DNA from: an uncultured delta proteobacterium
Lineage (GTDB): Bacteria > Desulfobacterota > Binatia > UBA9968
Length of the DNA: 64,000 nt
Assembly (NCBI GenBank): GCA_963771465.1
Contig: CAVYTU010000008.1
Span: 64,001-128,000, forward strand
Direction of reading: 5' to 3'
Part shown: positions 29,067 through 38,878 of the stretch, piece after piece
Position numbering within the stretch: position 1 is the stretch's first letter
Layout: every line of letters begins with the position of its first letter
Program-made: the position numbers and the translations under genes
The notes under the pieces: model-generated
Database searches by the model: none
The model's input: the letters and a program-made list of their open reading frames with translations, nothing else
What the model was told of the DNA's origin: nothing

Positions 29067-30326
29067 ATGTTCAAAAAATTCACCGGACTTTTTTACGGCT
29101 GGCGCATGGTCGCGGCTTCGGCGGCAGTGCGTCTGCTCGGCGCCGGTTTGCATAGTTACGGATTCACCGTCTTCTTTCTGCCGCTCAGCCAAGAACTAAA
29201 ACTAAGCCGCACTGCGACTTCTTTCGCTTTCTCGCTCGCCCGCGCCGAAGGCGCCATCGAAGGGCCGATCGTCGGCCACTTGCTCGATCGCTACGGCCCG
29301 CGGCCGATCATGCTCACTGCGGTGGCGCTCATGGGCGTCGGCTATCTCTTGCTCTCGCAAGTAGAGAGCTACATCGCCTTCGTGATCGTCTACACCGTGT
29401 TGATCTCACTCGCCCACTCCGGCGGTTTCATGCACGCGCCGATGACTTTGACCAACAGCTGGTTCATTCGTTGGCGCGCTCGCGCCATGACCCTCAACAG
29501 CGCAGCCTACGGCCTGGGCGGCGTGCTGATTGCGCCGGTGCTGAGCATGATCGTCCACAGCTGGGGTTGGCGTTGGGGCGCGGCATTGGCGGGAATACTA
29601 TTTCTCGTGCTCGGCATTCCACTCTGCCTGACCATTCGCCGCTCACCCGAAAGCATGGGTTTACTACCCGACGGTGACAGCGAACCGGTAGCGCGCCACG
29701 AATCGGCGCATCAGAATCGCTCCAGCACCAGCGAAATCGACTTCACCGCCAAGCAGGCGATCCGCTCCTTCGCTTTTTGGGCGCTGGTATTCGGCGCGGG
29801 CGTGCGCAATGCGTCTTATCACGCGATTTCGACACACTTCATTCCAATGATGATCTGGAAAGGCATGAGTCCCCAACAGGCAACTTTTCTGCTCAGTTCG
29901 TTCGCTTTCCTCGGGTTTACCTCGACGATTCTGTTCGGCTGGCTCGCCGACAACGTCAACAAGCCGCGCATGGTATCACTGATTCTGTTCGGCGCCGGCA
30001 CGTCAATGTTGCTGCCGATCTTCGGCAACTCGATGGCGCCGCTGTGGCTTTTCACCCTGCTTTTCACGACGGTCGAAGCGACCTATCCGGTCGCATGGGC
30101 GATGGTCGGTGATATCTTCGGCCGCAAACACTTCGCGACCATCCGCGGTTACATGAGTATGTTTTACGTTTGGGGCAGCGTCATCGGTCCAGTCGTCACC
30201 GGCGCGATATGGGACACCTGGCATACCTACGAGCCGATGCTCTGGGGATTGATCGTGATGTTTTTTCTTTCGGGGGTTTTCTACAGCGTGCTCGGCAAAC
30301 CTTGGGTGCGGCCCAGGACGGATTAA
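29067..30326 (+). CDS. MFS transporter (OFA/MCT-like)
   Basis: FYGWRMV start; GHLLDRYGPR; GDIFGRKHFATIRG. Confidence 0.88.
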   Translation: MFKKFTGLFYGWRMVAASAAVRLLGAGLHSYGFTVFFLPLSQELKLSRTATSFAFSLARAEGAIEGPIVGHLLDRYGPRPIMLTAVALMGVGYLLLSQVESYIAFVIVYTVLISLAHSGGFMHAPMTLTNSWFIRWRARAMTLNSAAYGLGGVLIAPVLSMIVHSWGWRWGAALAGILFLVLGIPLCLTIRRSPESMGLLPDGDSEPVARHESAHQNRSSTSEIDFTAKQAIRSFAFWALVFGAGVRNASYHAISTHFIPMMIWKGMSPQQATFLLSSFAFLGFTSTILFGWLADNVNKPRMVSLILFGAGTSMLLPIFGNSMAPLWLFTLLFTTVEATYPVAWAMVGDIFGRKHFATIRGYMSMFYVWGSVIGPVVTGAIWDTWHTYEPMLWGLIVMFFLSGVFYSVLGKPWVRPRTD

Positions 30327-30333
30327 CGGCCGT

Positions 30334-30654
30334 TCATTTTATGTGAACGGCGAGCCAAATCGTTTCGTCACTCGTGCGCGCCACTCGATGCTTCACATGA
30401 CGCGGAATAGTTAAGTAGTCTCCCGGGTTCAACTCCACCATTGCGCCGTCGGCAAATTCTAAGCTGGCTTTGCCGCGCAGCACCATCACCCATTCGTCAT
30501 CGCCTTGATCGTACCAAAAACCTTCCGGACTGCTATGCGAATGCGAGACGATACGCTCGATCTTTGCGCCGGCATTCTCAAACAATGTGACAAACGATTC
30601 CCCGTCTCCTCCGGCAGGAAATTCAGGGAAAAGATTTTTGACGGCAATAACCAT
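30334..30654 (-). CDS. Cupin domain protein
   Basis: IERIVSHSHSSPEGFWYDQ..DEWV, IPRHVKHRV, TIWLAVH. Confidence 0.85.
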   Translation of the reverse strand: MVIAVKNLFPEFPAGGDGESFVTLFENAGAKIERIVSHSHSSPEGFWYDQGDDEWVMVLRGKASLEFADGAMVELNPGDYLTIPRHVKHRVARTSDETIWLAVHIK

Positions 30655-30661
30655 TGCCAGC

Positions 30662-31324
30662 TCACGAGCGCGCCCGGCGAATCGCCGGGACGTCGACGAT
30701 GCGCCGTTGGCCGCGCGGAGGAGGATTTTCGACTTCGCGGGCCATCGCGGTGACAAACTGCTCAATGGTCACCAGCCCCAAGCGTTCCGCCGTCGCCCGC
30801 GTCGCCGGAATCATCTCGGCAAGTTTGTAAAAGGGCTCTATCACTTTCGGCCACCAATGGCCGGGACCAAGAACGTACCAAGGTCGCACAATACTCGCGG
30901 TCAATCCGGCCTCGCGTATCATCGCCTCGCCCAGAGAACGCACCCAGAGATAGTGCGCCATTACCGGCGCCGGCTGCGCCACGCTGACATAGACAAGATG
31001 GGAAATCCCGACGCGCTTGGCCGCAGCCACAGTGCAGCGAACCGACATCAAATCGATGCGATCGAACTGATCCGCCTTGGTCGGACTTGGATGGGGCGTG
31101 CCGACGAGATGGACGACGGTGTCGTCCGGACGCAGCGCCACGGCAATGGAATCAGCGTTAAGGGCATCGCCAACGACAGGCAGCGCACCCGCCGGTACGC
31201 GATGAAGCGAACTCGCGCGCGCCAGCGCGCGCACGCGATGACCGCGTGACATCAACAACGGAATGAGATGCTGACCGATGTAACCGGTGCCGCCGGTGAC
31301 GAGAATATCAATCTGCGTTGCCAT
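30662..31324 (-). CDS. NAD(P)-dependent epimerase/dehydratase (atypical SDR)
   Basis: VTGGTGYIG Rossmann motif; VHLVGTPHPSP; RPWYVLGPG. Confidence 0.85.
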   Translation of the reverse strand: MATQIDILVTGGTGYIGQHLIPLLMSRGHRVRALARASSLHRVPAGALPVVGDALNADSIAVALRPDDTVVHLVGTPHPSPTKADQFDRIDLMSVRCTVAAAKRVGISHLVYVSVAQPAPVMAHYLWVRSLGEAMIREAGLTASIVRPWYVLGPGHWWPKVIEPFYKLAEMIPATRATAERLGLVTIEQFVTAMAREVENPPPRGQRRIVDVPAIRRARS

Positions 31325-31460
31325 TAGAATCAATTGAGAATGTGACCGATTGGACTATACAAGCAGCCGCGCAACTACGCTAACTCTCAGCACAGGTTTG
31401 TGAAATTTTCAAAGCTGTTGTACTCCTGCAAGAAGCCGGTTCGACGATTCTTGCCAAAAA

Positions 31461-32729
31461 ATGTTCACGCAACTTTCCGGACTCTTCTACGGCTGGCGCA
31501 TGGTCGCTACATCAGCGGCGCTGCGCGCCCTTGGCAGCGGGTTGCACAGCTTTGGCTTCACGATTTTTTTCCTGCCGCTTAGCCAAGATCTTAACTTGAG
31601 CCGCACCGCGACGTCGTTGGCATTTTCATTGGCGCGCGCCGAAGGCGCCATCGAAGGCCCGCTATTGGGTCACATCATCGATCGCCACGGGCCCAAACCA
31701 GTTATGTTCGTCGCCGTGTTGCTGATGGGTTCCGGCTACCTGCTGCTATCGACGGTCGACAGCTACACGATGTTCTTAGTCATCTATCTCGGCATGATTT
31801 CCTTGGCTCATGCCGGCGGCTTCATGCACGCGCCGATCGTGTTGGTCAACAGTTGGTTCATCCGCCAGCGGGCCCGCGCCATTACCATCAACAGCGCCGC
31901 CTTCAGTCTTGGCGGCGTGCTCATCGCGCCGCTGTTGAGCGCCATCGTTTTAACCCGGGGTTGGCGCTGGGGCGCGGCGTTCGCCGGCGTGATGTTTTTC
32001 GTCATCGGCATACCGTTGTGTATAACGATTCGCCGCTCCCCGGAATCCATGGGTTTACTGCCCGACGGTGACAGCGCCAACGGGATCGGCGCCGGCGGCG
32101 AGCTGAATCGCGACGGCACAAGCAAAAAATTGCGCGGCGATGTCGACGTGACTCTGAACGAAGCATTTCGCTCGTTCACTTTCTGGACACTCGTGTTTGG
32201 CAACGGCGTACGTAATATGGCCTACCACGGCATCTCGACACACTTCGTGCCGATGATGGTATGGAAAGGCGCGAGCCAGGCTGAAGCAGCATTGTTACTG
32301 GGCGCTTTTGCATTCCTCGGCCTGATCGCCACCCTCGGCTTTGGTTGGTTTGCCGACCGCGTCAACAAGCCGCGCTTGGTATCGACGATACTTTTCATCG
32401 CCGCGGGCGGTATGCTGTTGCCGCTGTTCGGCGACTCGATCTGGGTCCTTTGGCTGTTCACCGCGCTCTTCACCTGCGTCGAAGCCACCTACGCGGTCGG
32501 TTGGGCGGTGGTCGGCGACTTCTTCGGCCGCAAACACTTCGCCAAGATTCGCGGCTACATGAGTTTTTTTTACATGTGGGGCGGCGTCGCCGGCCCAGTC
32601 ATCGCCGGCGCGATCTTTGACCGCTGGCAAACCTACGAGCCGCTACTCTGGGGTTTGATCGGCCTCTTCTCTCTGGCGGGAGTGACGTTCAGGATGCTCA
32701 GCAAAAAGTGGGAAATGCTGCGCGAGTGA
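31461..32729 (+). CDS. MFS transporter, close paralog of 29067-30326
   Basis: Near-identical stretches (LARAEGAIEGP, IRRSPESMGLLPDGD, FGRKHFAKIRG). Confidence 0.88.
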   Translation: MFTQLSGLFYGWRMVATSAALRALGSGLHSFGFTIFFLPLSQDLNLSRTATSLAFSLARAEGAIEGPLLGHIIDRHGPKPVMFVAVLLMGSGYLLLSTVDSYTMFLVIYLGMISLAHAGGFMHAPIVLVNSWFIRQRARAITINSAAFSLGGVLIAPLLSAIVLTRGWRWGAAFAGVMFFVIGIPLCITIRRSPESMGLLPDGDSANGIGAGGELNRDGTSKKLRGDVDVTLNEAFRSFTFWTLVFGNGVRNMAYHGISTHFVPMMVWKGASQAEAALLLGAFAFLGLIATLGFGWFADRVNKPRLVSTILFIAAGGMLLPLFGDSIWVLWLFTALFTCVEATYAVGWAVVGDFFGRKHFAKIRGYMSFFYMWGGVAGPVIAGAIFDRWQTYEPLLWGLIGLFSLAGVTFRMLSKKWEMLRE

Positions 32730-32739
32730 TAAGTTCACT

Positions 32740-32906
32740 AAAATCAAAATCCGAAATCCGAAGCTCTAAATCCGAAACAAAAAAGAAACAAAACGAATTC
32801 AAACCGTGAGAAATTTCAAAACAACGATTCCAAATCTGAGTTGTTTGGAAGATTTCTTTTGTTTTCTGTTTAATTGAATTTGTTTCGGATTTCGTGCTTC
32901 GAATTT
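32740..32906. repeat. Heptamer-periodic inverted repeat (AAATCCG ... CGGATTT)
   Basis: AAATCCGAAATCCGAAGCTCTAAATCCGAAACAAA ... TTTGTTTCGGATTTCGTGCTTCGAATTT between convergent genes. Confidence 0.7.
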
Positions 32907-32948
32907 TCCCCGCGATTCGACTACTTTCTTAACTCCATTCATTCCCAT

Positions 32949-33971
32949 TCAGCCCAGTTTCGGCAACCCATCGTTCTGCGGCTCGTAGTCCCGATTTTCC
33001 TTGCGCCGGCGTTGCACCGAGTCGTCGACGACCTCGTTGCCGAACTTGGCCGCGCCAATGATGCGGTAGTGGCGCGGATTCTTTCTAGCATACAGTCCGC
33101 GGAGAAACTTTCCGTAAGAGTCCGTGGCTTCGCCGAGATAATTTTTCTCGCCGGCCTGCACGGCATCCACGGCCAGACCAAGCGCACTCGCTTTGTCCTG
33201 AATCCAATGAAGAGTCGCGTCAGCAAGCCGCCGGTCGGGATAGCCACCGCCAACATCGCAGTGCGCGCCGGCAAACCAGCGTTGTTCCAACGTTTGCTGC
33301 GGCGCCGCATCGGGATTCCACAAGCAAACATCATATTCGCCGCGGTGCTCGTCGACGGCGATGGCATGGTAAGCGTTCTCCACAATCGTGCTCAGATTAG
33401 TGTCATGGAACTCGTAGAACTTCATGTTCAAGTCTTTGAGAATATCGACCGGAATGCCGAGCGCGCCGACGGTATCCCACACGCCGATGAATTTGATCTT
33501 GATCTCGCGGCTAAAGGACGAACGAAACAACTTCGCGGTGAAAGAATCGGCGTCGTCACCGCGGGTACGGTAAATGCCGTACGCCATCGCCACGCGCAGC
33601 CCCAAGTGCTTGGGCAGAATCAAGCCGCAGTTGCGGATCATGCCGACCAAACTCCGCGCCGTGTACGCGCCGCGGCTAAAACCGAGCACATACACCTCGT
33701 CACCATCCTCATAGTTCTCGGCGAGAAACTGATAACCCTGCACGATGTTCAGCTCTAACCCGGCGCCGATGGCGCCGCCGATGAAGCGATCGTACCATTT
33801 GGTCCCGACCCCCTCGTCGTACCATTTAACCTGCTTTGTGCCATCCGCCGACTGCGCGCGAACCGATTCGTAAAATCGCCGCACGTTGGTCTCAACCTGC
33901 GGATCGGCAGAGGACGTTTCATCAGCCGGTTTGTTCCAAGTCCCATCGAAGCATATGACGATGCGTTTCAT
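32949..33971 (-). CDS. DUF2235 (Tle1-like alpha/beta hydrolase) protein
   Basis: ICFDGTWN, GFSRGAYTARSL, FIGVWDTVG, HAIAVDEHR, WFAGAHCDVGGG. Confidence 0.9.
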   Translation of the reverse strand: MKRIVICFDGTWNKPADETSSADPQVETNVRRFYESVRAQSADGTKQVKWYDEGVGTKWYDRFIGGAIGAGLELNIVQGYQFLAENYEDGDEVYVLGFSRGAYTARSLVGMIRNCGLILPKHLGLRVAMAYGIYRTRGDDADSFTAKLFRSSFSREIKIKFIGVWDTVGALGIPVDILKDLNMKFYEFHDTNLSTIVENAYHAIAVDEHRGEYDVCLWNPDAAPQQTLEQRWFAGAHCDVGGGYPDRRLADATLHWIQDKASALGLAVDAVQAGEKNYLGEATDSYGKFLRGLYARKNPRHYRIIGAAKFGNEVVDDSVQRRRKENRDYEPQNDGLPKLG

Positions 33972-33996
33972 AAAACCTCCCGTGAAGATTGCAGCG

Positions 33997-34062
33997 ATGG
34001 AGTGTTGGAGTAATGGGGTTCCGCACCCAACATTCCAATACTCCATCACTCCGTTACTCCAA
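33997..34062. repeat. Octamer-periodic inverted repeat (TGGAGTAA ... TACTCCA)
   Basis: ATGGAGTGTTGGAGTAATGG ... CCAACATTCCAATACTCCATCACTCCGTTACTCCAA. Confidence 0.65.
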
Positions 34063-34075
34063 TCTACGCCTCATT

Positions 34076-35782
34076 TTAGTTGAACCACTGCTTCTGCCGC
34101 AAGATATAATCCGCCATGCGGTAACTGAGAGCGGCCACCGTCGCCGTCGGCGGGTAGCCGGACATGGTGGGAAACACCGATGAGCCGACGATGAAGAGAT
34201 TGTCAATGTCGTGGGTCTGGCAAAATGGATTGACCACCGAGTTTTTCCCATCGGCGCCCATGCGCGTACCGCCGGCCCACCGGTTGGGCCGGCCCTTTTC
34301 CTCCGTCCACACGCGGTTTGCGCCGGTCGCCTGCATGATTTTCTCGCCAACGCCGGCTAGATATTTTTGCAAGCGATGCTCGTTCTGGTGAAACTCGAAG
34401 GTCACGCGCGGCAGCGGCAAGCCCCAGCGGTCACGATGACGCGGATCGAGATCGACGCGATTGGCGCCATGCGGCAGAGTCTCGGGCTGCATATTCAAAT
34501 CCATCGTCCGGGTGTAGTAGCGAGTGTAAAAATCCTTGAACTCCTTGCCCCAGCTCGGCACGCCGGGCGGCAAGACATCGAGGCGCGTCACCGGCGTGCC
34601 GTCGCCGCTGGTGCCGATCGTTCCGCCGCGGATGAAACCCAGATCGCTGTGATCGAAGTTGTTGCCGTTGAAATCATCGATGCGCATCGCCGCCGAACCA
34701 GGGCCGATAAATCCATTGATGATAAAATCATCGAAGGTGCCCATGGCGCGCACGTCGCCGTGGGCCATGATATTGCGGCCAACGTAGCCGCTGCTGTTGG
34801 CCAATCCCTTGGCGAACCGGCCTTTGCCCGTTTTGGAAATCAGCAGCAAACGCGCATGCTCGAAAACAAACGCGCTCAAGATCACCACGCTCGCGCGTTG
34901 TTCGCGCGCGGTGCCGTCGGGATCGAAATAGCTGACGCCGCTGACTTGGCCCGAACTATCAGTGTTGAGACGGAAGACTTTGGTATTTGTTTTCAGTTCG
35001 AAATTGCCGGTCTCGAGGGCGACGGGTATCGTAATGTAGAGCGATGCCGCCTTGGCGTGCACATGGCAGCCGTAAAAATTGCAATGGCCGCAATAAACGC
35101 AGGCCGGCCGCTCGGCAATGCGCGTATCGAACGGCGCCCCCGGCTGGTACGGCGCGGAAGCGATACCCGCCGAGGTGTCGTAAGCATGATAGCCAAGTTT
35201 TTGGCACGCTTCGGCAAATAGTTTCATACGCGCGCTGTGGCGCAGCGGCGGCAGCGGAAAGCCGCGCCGGCGCGGTCCGGCGAAGGGATTCGTCCCAGCT
35301 TGCCCAGACACGCCGAACTCCCATTCAAATTTCTCGTAATACGGTTCGAGATCATCGTAGCTGAGCGGCCAGTCGATGATGTCGTAGCCGGTCAAATCGG
35401 CTTTGGCGCGCTCGGCGTTGCCGCTGTCAATCTCATTGCTGTAGAGTTTGAAATCCTCCGGCATGTAGCGCGACGACTGTCCAGTCCAGTGCAACAGTGC
35501 GCCGCCCAAAACATTGAGCGGGCTGGTGCGGTATTGCACGCTGGTCTTGTCGCCGGATTTTTTCCGGGTTGTGGTCGGCTCGTGGCGCACCCATTCGAGC
35601 TGCTCGGGACGAATCAGAAAACGAATCGAATCGCGCGGCGCGTAATCTTCTTTTTTCGGTGCCGGACCGCGCTCGAAGCCGACGACTTTCAATCCGGCCG
35701 ACGAAAGCTCCTTGGCGATAATTCCGCCCAGACCACCGACACCGACTATGCAGACATCCGCAATCCCGTCCGCCATGATCAC
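34076..35782 (-). CDS. GMC oxidoreductase, gluconate 2-dehydrogenase flavoprotein-like
   Basis: VGVGGLGG FAD motif; DWPLSYDDLEPYY; CVYCGHCNFYGC; GGTRMG; NLFIVGSSVFPT. Confidence 0.88.
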   Translation of the reverse strand: MIMADGIADVCIVGVGGLGGIIAKELSSAGLKVVGFERGPAPKKEDYAPRDSIRFLIRPEQLEWVRHEPTTTRKKSGDKTSVQYRTSPLNVLGGALLHWTGQSSRYMPEDFKLYSNEIDSGNAERAKADLTGYDIIDWPLSYDDLEPYYEKFEWEFGVSGQAGTNPFAGPRRRGFPLPPLRHSARMKLFAEACQKLGYHAYDTSAGIASAPYQPGAPFDTRIAERPACVYCGHCNFYGCHVHAKAASLYITIPVALETGNFELKTNTKVFRLNTDSSGQVSGVSYFDPDGTAREQRASVVILSAFVFEHARLLLISKTGKGRFAKGLANSSGYVGRNIMAHGDVRAMGTFDDFIINGFIGPGSAAMRIDDFNGNNFDHSDLGFIRGGTIGTSGDGTPVTRLDVLPPGVPSWGKEFKDFYTRYYTRTMDLNMQPETLPHGANRVDLDPRHRDRWGLPLPRVTFEFHQNEHRLQKYLAGVGEKIMQATGANRVWTEEKGRPNRWAGGTRMGADGKNSVVNPFCQTHDIDNLFIVGSSVFPTMSGYPPTATVAALSYRMADYILRQKQWFN

Positions 35783-36300
35783 TTCTCCTTCGACTTGCGG
35801 TAGTCCACCGAAACCGGTTCCAAGTCGACGCGCTTATCGATGTACGCATCGGCGTACCCGAACTGCTGACCAGGAAAGTCAACCAGGCGCCATCCGGTCA
35901 TATCTTTATTGCCGCCATACTGCGGCTCGCAAAACACTCCTTCTAAAACATGGTAACGCACCATTTCGAAAAACTCCGCAGCTTGCGCGAACGTATCCTG
36001 CACGCCGACCTCAAAATCACGCAACACGGTATCTTGCTCACCTGCCGAGAGTTCGATGAAATCCTTGGCGAATTTAACGCGAGAATAGCGTTGCAACATA
36101 CGCAACCCTTGACGATAGAGCGGCGCCAGCGCAGCGTAGTCGCCGGCCAAGGCGATCTCGATATAGTTCACCGCGCCGATCTCCACTGCGCCGGGCGTGT
36201 CGGTCGTGGGAAAAATTCGGCTGGCTATCGTGGTCAAAATTTCCATTTCTTCAGAACTGAGAACGATTGTAGATTCGACCTTGTTGTCGCTCATAGCCAT
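35779..36300 (-). CDS. Gluconate 2-dehydrogenase subunit 3 family protein
   Basis: RIFPTTDTPGA, EGVFCEPQYGGNKDMTGWRLVDFPG; 4-nt overlap with the GMC gene. Confidence 0.88.
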   Translation of the reverse strand: MAMSDNKVESTIVLSSEEMEILTTIASRIFPTTDTPGAVEIGAVNYIEIALAGDYAALAPLYRQGLRMLQRYSRVKFAKDFIELSAGEQDTVLRDFEVGVQDTFAQAAEFFEMVRYHVLEGVFCEPQYGGNKDMTGWRLVDFPGQQFGYADAYIDKRVDLEPVSVDYRKSKEK

Positions 36301-36388
36301 GGAAACAAAAACTCTCCTCGAGATTATCTCTCTACCTGAATACAGAATTGGCTTGGGAAACGGTAGCGAAAGCGGAAAAATAATACGT

Positions 36389-36982
36389 CTACGTGCCGCT
36401 CGGATCGAAACGGGTGGACGGTCTCGCGGCGAATATGTGGTCGAAGCAGTCAAGCAGCCGCGCCGATTCGCTTTCGACGATGAGTAACGCGCGGTGCTTC
36501 GGTTTGATGAAATCCTCGGTCACGGCGTGATCGAGAAATTGAATCAATGGATCGTAATAGCCGGCTACATTGAGCAGTCCGCATGGCTTTTCATGAATTC
36601 CCAACTGCGCCCAGCTCAAGACTTCGAAAAACTCCTCCATCGTGCCGATGCCGCCGGGCATGGCGATAAAACCATTCGACAACTCCGCCATCAACGCCTT
36701 GCGCTCATGCATCGACTGCACCACGCGCAGTTCCGTCAAGCCTCGATGCGCCACCTCTTTGCTGACGAGGGAATCAGGAATCACGCCGGTCACATGGCCG
36801 TTCAATTGCAGTACCGTGTCAGCGATAACGTTCATCAACCCAACGTTGCCGCCACCGTAAACCAATCCGTAATTGCGCACGACCAGCTCGCGACCGAGTA
36901 GCTTTGCTGCTTCGGCGTATTCAGATCGTGCGCCACCGCGGGAGCCGGTAAAGACACAGATTTGGCGGGTCAAATTATTCAT
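36389..36982 (-). CDS. LOG family nucleotide phosphoribohydrolase (TIGR00730-like)
   Basis: LVYGGGNVGLM, MHERKALM, PGGIGTMEE. Confidence 0.92.
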   Translation of the reverse strand: MNNLTRQICVFTGSRGGARSEYAEAAKLLGRELVVRNYGLVYGGGNVGLMNVIADTVLQLNGHVTGVIPDSLVSKEVAHRGLTELRVVQSMHERKALMAELSNGFIAMPGGIGTMEEFFEVLSWAQLGIHEKPCGLLNVAGYYDPLIQFLDHAVTEDFIKPKHRALLIVESESARLLDCFDHIFAARPSTRFDPSGT

Positions 36983-37415
36983 AGAAGTGAAACTCTCCGC
37001 AAAATTTCCTCATGTCCCTGTGTTACTGCGGCATCGATTGTAAATCGAACCATCGCGTTCGTCTACGGTCTAAGAGTGACCCCACATGTCGGACCGTCGC
37101 TCAGCCTATTCGATCAAAATCCGCTTGAGCTTCGAACGCCGTCCAGAGCGAGCAAAGCAAGTGAACCGATAGCGGGAGCGTTGTCTGGAATAACCCGCCA
37201 ATCGTTAGGGAGATAAGCCGCCACCCTGGGCGGCTTTTGGCGGAACACTTATCGTTGACAAGTTGGGTTAGCCGTTGGACATTGCAACCGATTTAGATTT
37301 ATTGTCGGAGCCGTCGCCAGAGATAAGCCGACCGGCATTTGTCGCCGCCTACGGCGGCTCCTTAATAGTTAGGCGGCCAGAGCCTCGAAATGCGCTAAGT
37401 CAAGATGGAGGCGCG

Positions 37416-38549
37416 ATGACCATCAATGTTCTGGACCAACTGGCAGCGCTCGTCAAGCAGGAGCGCCAGGCTTTGCTGTCGCGCTGGCGGCAACAGGTGC
37501 GGCACCTGCCTTCTGCACGCCAGCTTGATGTACCGACTCTCAATGATCACATACCTTCACTGCTTGACGAATTGGCTGCGGCCCTCCAATCAAAGTCTGA
37601 CCAGACAATTCCAGAGGCGCTTAGCAGTCCTCCGGCTCATGGTCTCCAGCGTCTCCAGGAGGCATTTGATATTGAAGAGGTGGTTGCGGAGTACAACATC
37701 CTCCGCGCCTGCATCCACGATCTTGCCGACGACAACGGTTTAACCCTCCAAGGGAAGCCTTTCCACATTATCAACCGGGTTCTCGACCATGCCATCGGCT
37801 TGGCCTTGCAGACCTATGCCACTCAACGCGCGCTGGAGGTGCAGCGGCGCCGGGAAGAGTATCTCGCCTTTGTGGCGCACGATCTCCGAACACCGCTGAA
37901 TGCCATTTCCATGGCTGGGAGAGTCCTGGAAATGACCCTCCCGGGGCGCGGCGCTGAAGCAACGCAAATGCTGAAGGCCTTGCGTCGCAGCGTGCAGCAT
38001 CTCGAAGGCCTGGTCGCTAAGGTGCTCGAGGAAAACACGAATCTCCAAACGGAAATCGGGATCAAGTTGGAGCGCCGCGAGTTCGATTTGTGGCCCCTCG
38101 TTGAAGCCCTCATACACGATCTCCATCCAGTGGCCGGGACCAACAGTACCCGACTGATCAACGAGGTACCCGACGAGTTGAGCGTCTACGCGGATGCGAG
38201 TTTGTTGAGGCGCGTCTTTCAGAACTTGATCGGCAACGCCATTAAATTCACGCCTCGCGGGGAAGTTCTCATCGGGGCGCGAGAACTCGACGGGGAAGAT
38301 GCCGTTGAGTGCTGGGTCGGCGACAACGGTGCGGGCATCTCCGAAGAGCTTCTCGACATAATCTTCGACAAGGGAGAAACCGATCCGGAGAACGCGGGTG
38401 GAATGGGCCTGGGACTCGCCATCGTGAAGACGTTCACGGAGGCTCATGGCGGGAAGGTGACCGTCGAAAGCAAAGAAGGAGTCGGCTCGACATTCCGGTT
38501 TTCGCTTCCAACCAAGGCGAATGTAGGCGGCCTAACCAATAAGGATTGA
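37416..38549 (+). CDS. Cytoplasmic sensor histidine kinase (RsbRD-N-like domain + HisKA + HATPase), cassette-borne
   Basis: AHDLRTPL H-box, NLIGNAIKFT N-box, DNGAGI G1, GMGLGLAI G2; GGAGG RBS. Confidence 0.9.
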   Translation: MTINVLDQLAALVKQERQALLSRWRQQVRHLPSARQLDVPTLNDHIPSLLDELAAALQSKSDQTIPEALSSPPAHGLQRLQEAFDIEEVVAEYNILRACIHDLADDNGLTLQGKPFHIINRVLDHAIGLALQTYATQRALEVQRRREEYLAFVAHDLRTPLNAISMAGRVLEMTLPGRGAEATQMLKALRRSVQHLEGLVAKVLEENTNLQTEIGIKLERREFDLWPLVEALIHDLHPVAGTNSTRLINEVPDELSVYADASLLRRVFQNLIGNAIKFTPRGEVLIGARELDGEDAVECWVGDNGAGISEELLDIIFDKGETDPENAGGMGLGLAIVKTFTEAHGGKVTVESKEGVGSTFRFSLPTKANVGGLTNKD

Positions 38550-38585
38550 GACGACTTCACAAGTCGATTCAATCCGGTGTTCAAG
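38530..38585 (+). mobile_element. attC site 1 (somewhat degenerate)
   Basis: GCCTAAC..GGATTGA-GA-CGACTT-CAC-AAGTCG-AT-TCAATCC..GTT. Confidence 0.6.
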
Positions 38586-38878
38586 AAGCCCGTGGTTGAA
38601 ACAGCGCCGATCAATATACGGGTAAAGGTTGTGAAGTTTGGTTTGCGCCGAGGAAAGTGAAGGTCAGATTGGCCGTGTGTATCGACGCGCAGTGAATTTA
38701 GAGTAGTAATGTTTGCTCAAGGTTAGTTTTTTTCTCGTAGGTCACCTCCCAAAAGAGAGCATCGGCAAACGCTCTTGGCAACCTTGCCGCACCACGGCGC
38801 ATCCCCTTTGAGCCTTAATACGCGGGGAGGAATGGCGAAACGAGTATTGGAAAAAAAGAGAGGACATTCTGAATTTTA

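Noticed and set aside
32949-33971. DUF2235 as a T6SS Tle1 effector locus
   Set aside because: No vgrG, PAAR or immunity gene adjacent; stand-alone DUF2235 hydrolases are common.
36983-37367. Integron integrase remnant upstream of the cassettes
   Set aside because: No tyrosine-recombinase motifs (HxLRH, TTxIYTH) recognised in the frames I read.
38750-38830. c-di-GMP-I riboswitch (GGCAAAC motif)
   Set aside because: Lacks the GAAA tetraloop / GACGCAAAG continuation and has no downstream gene.
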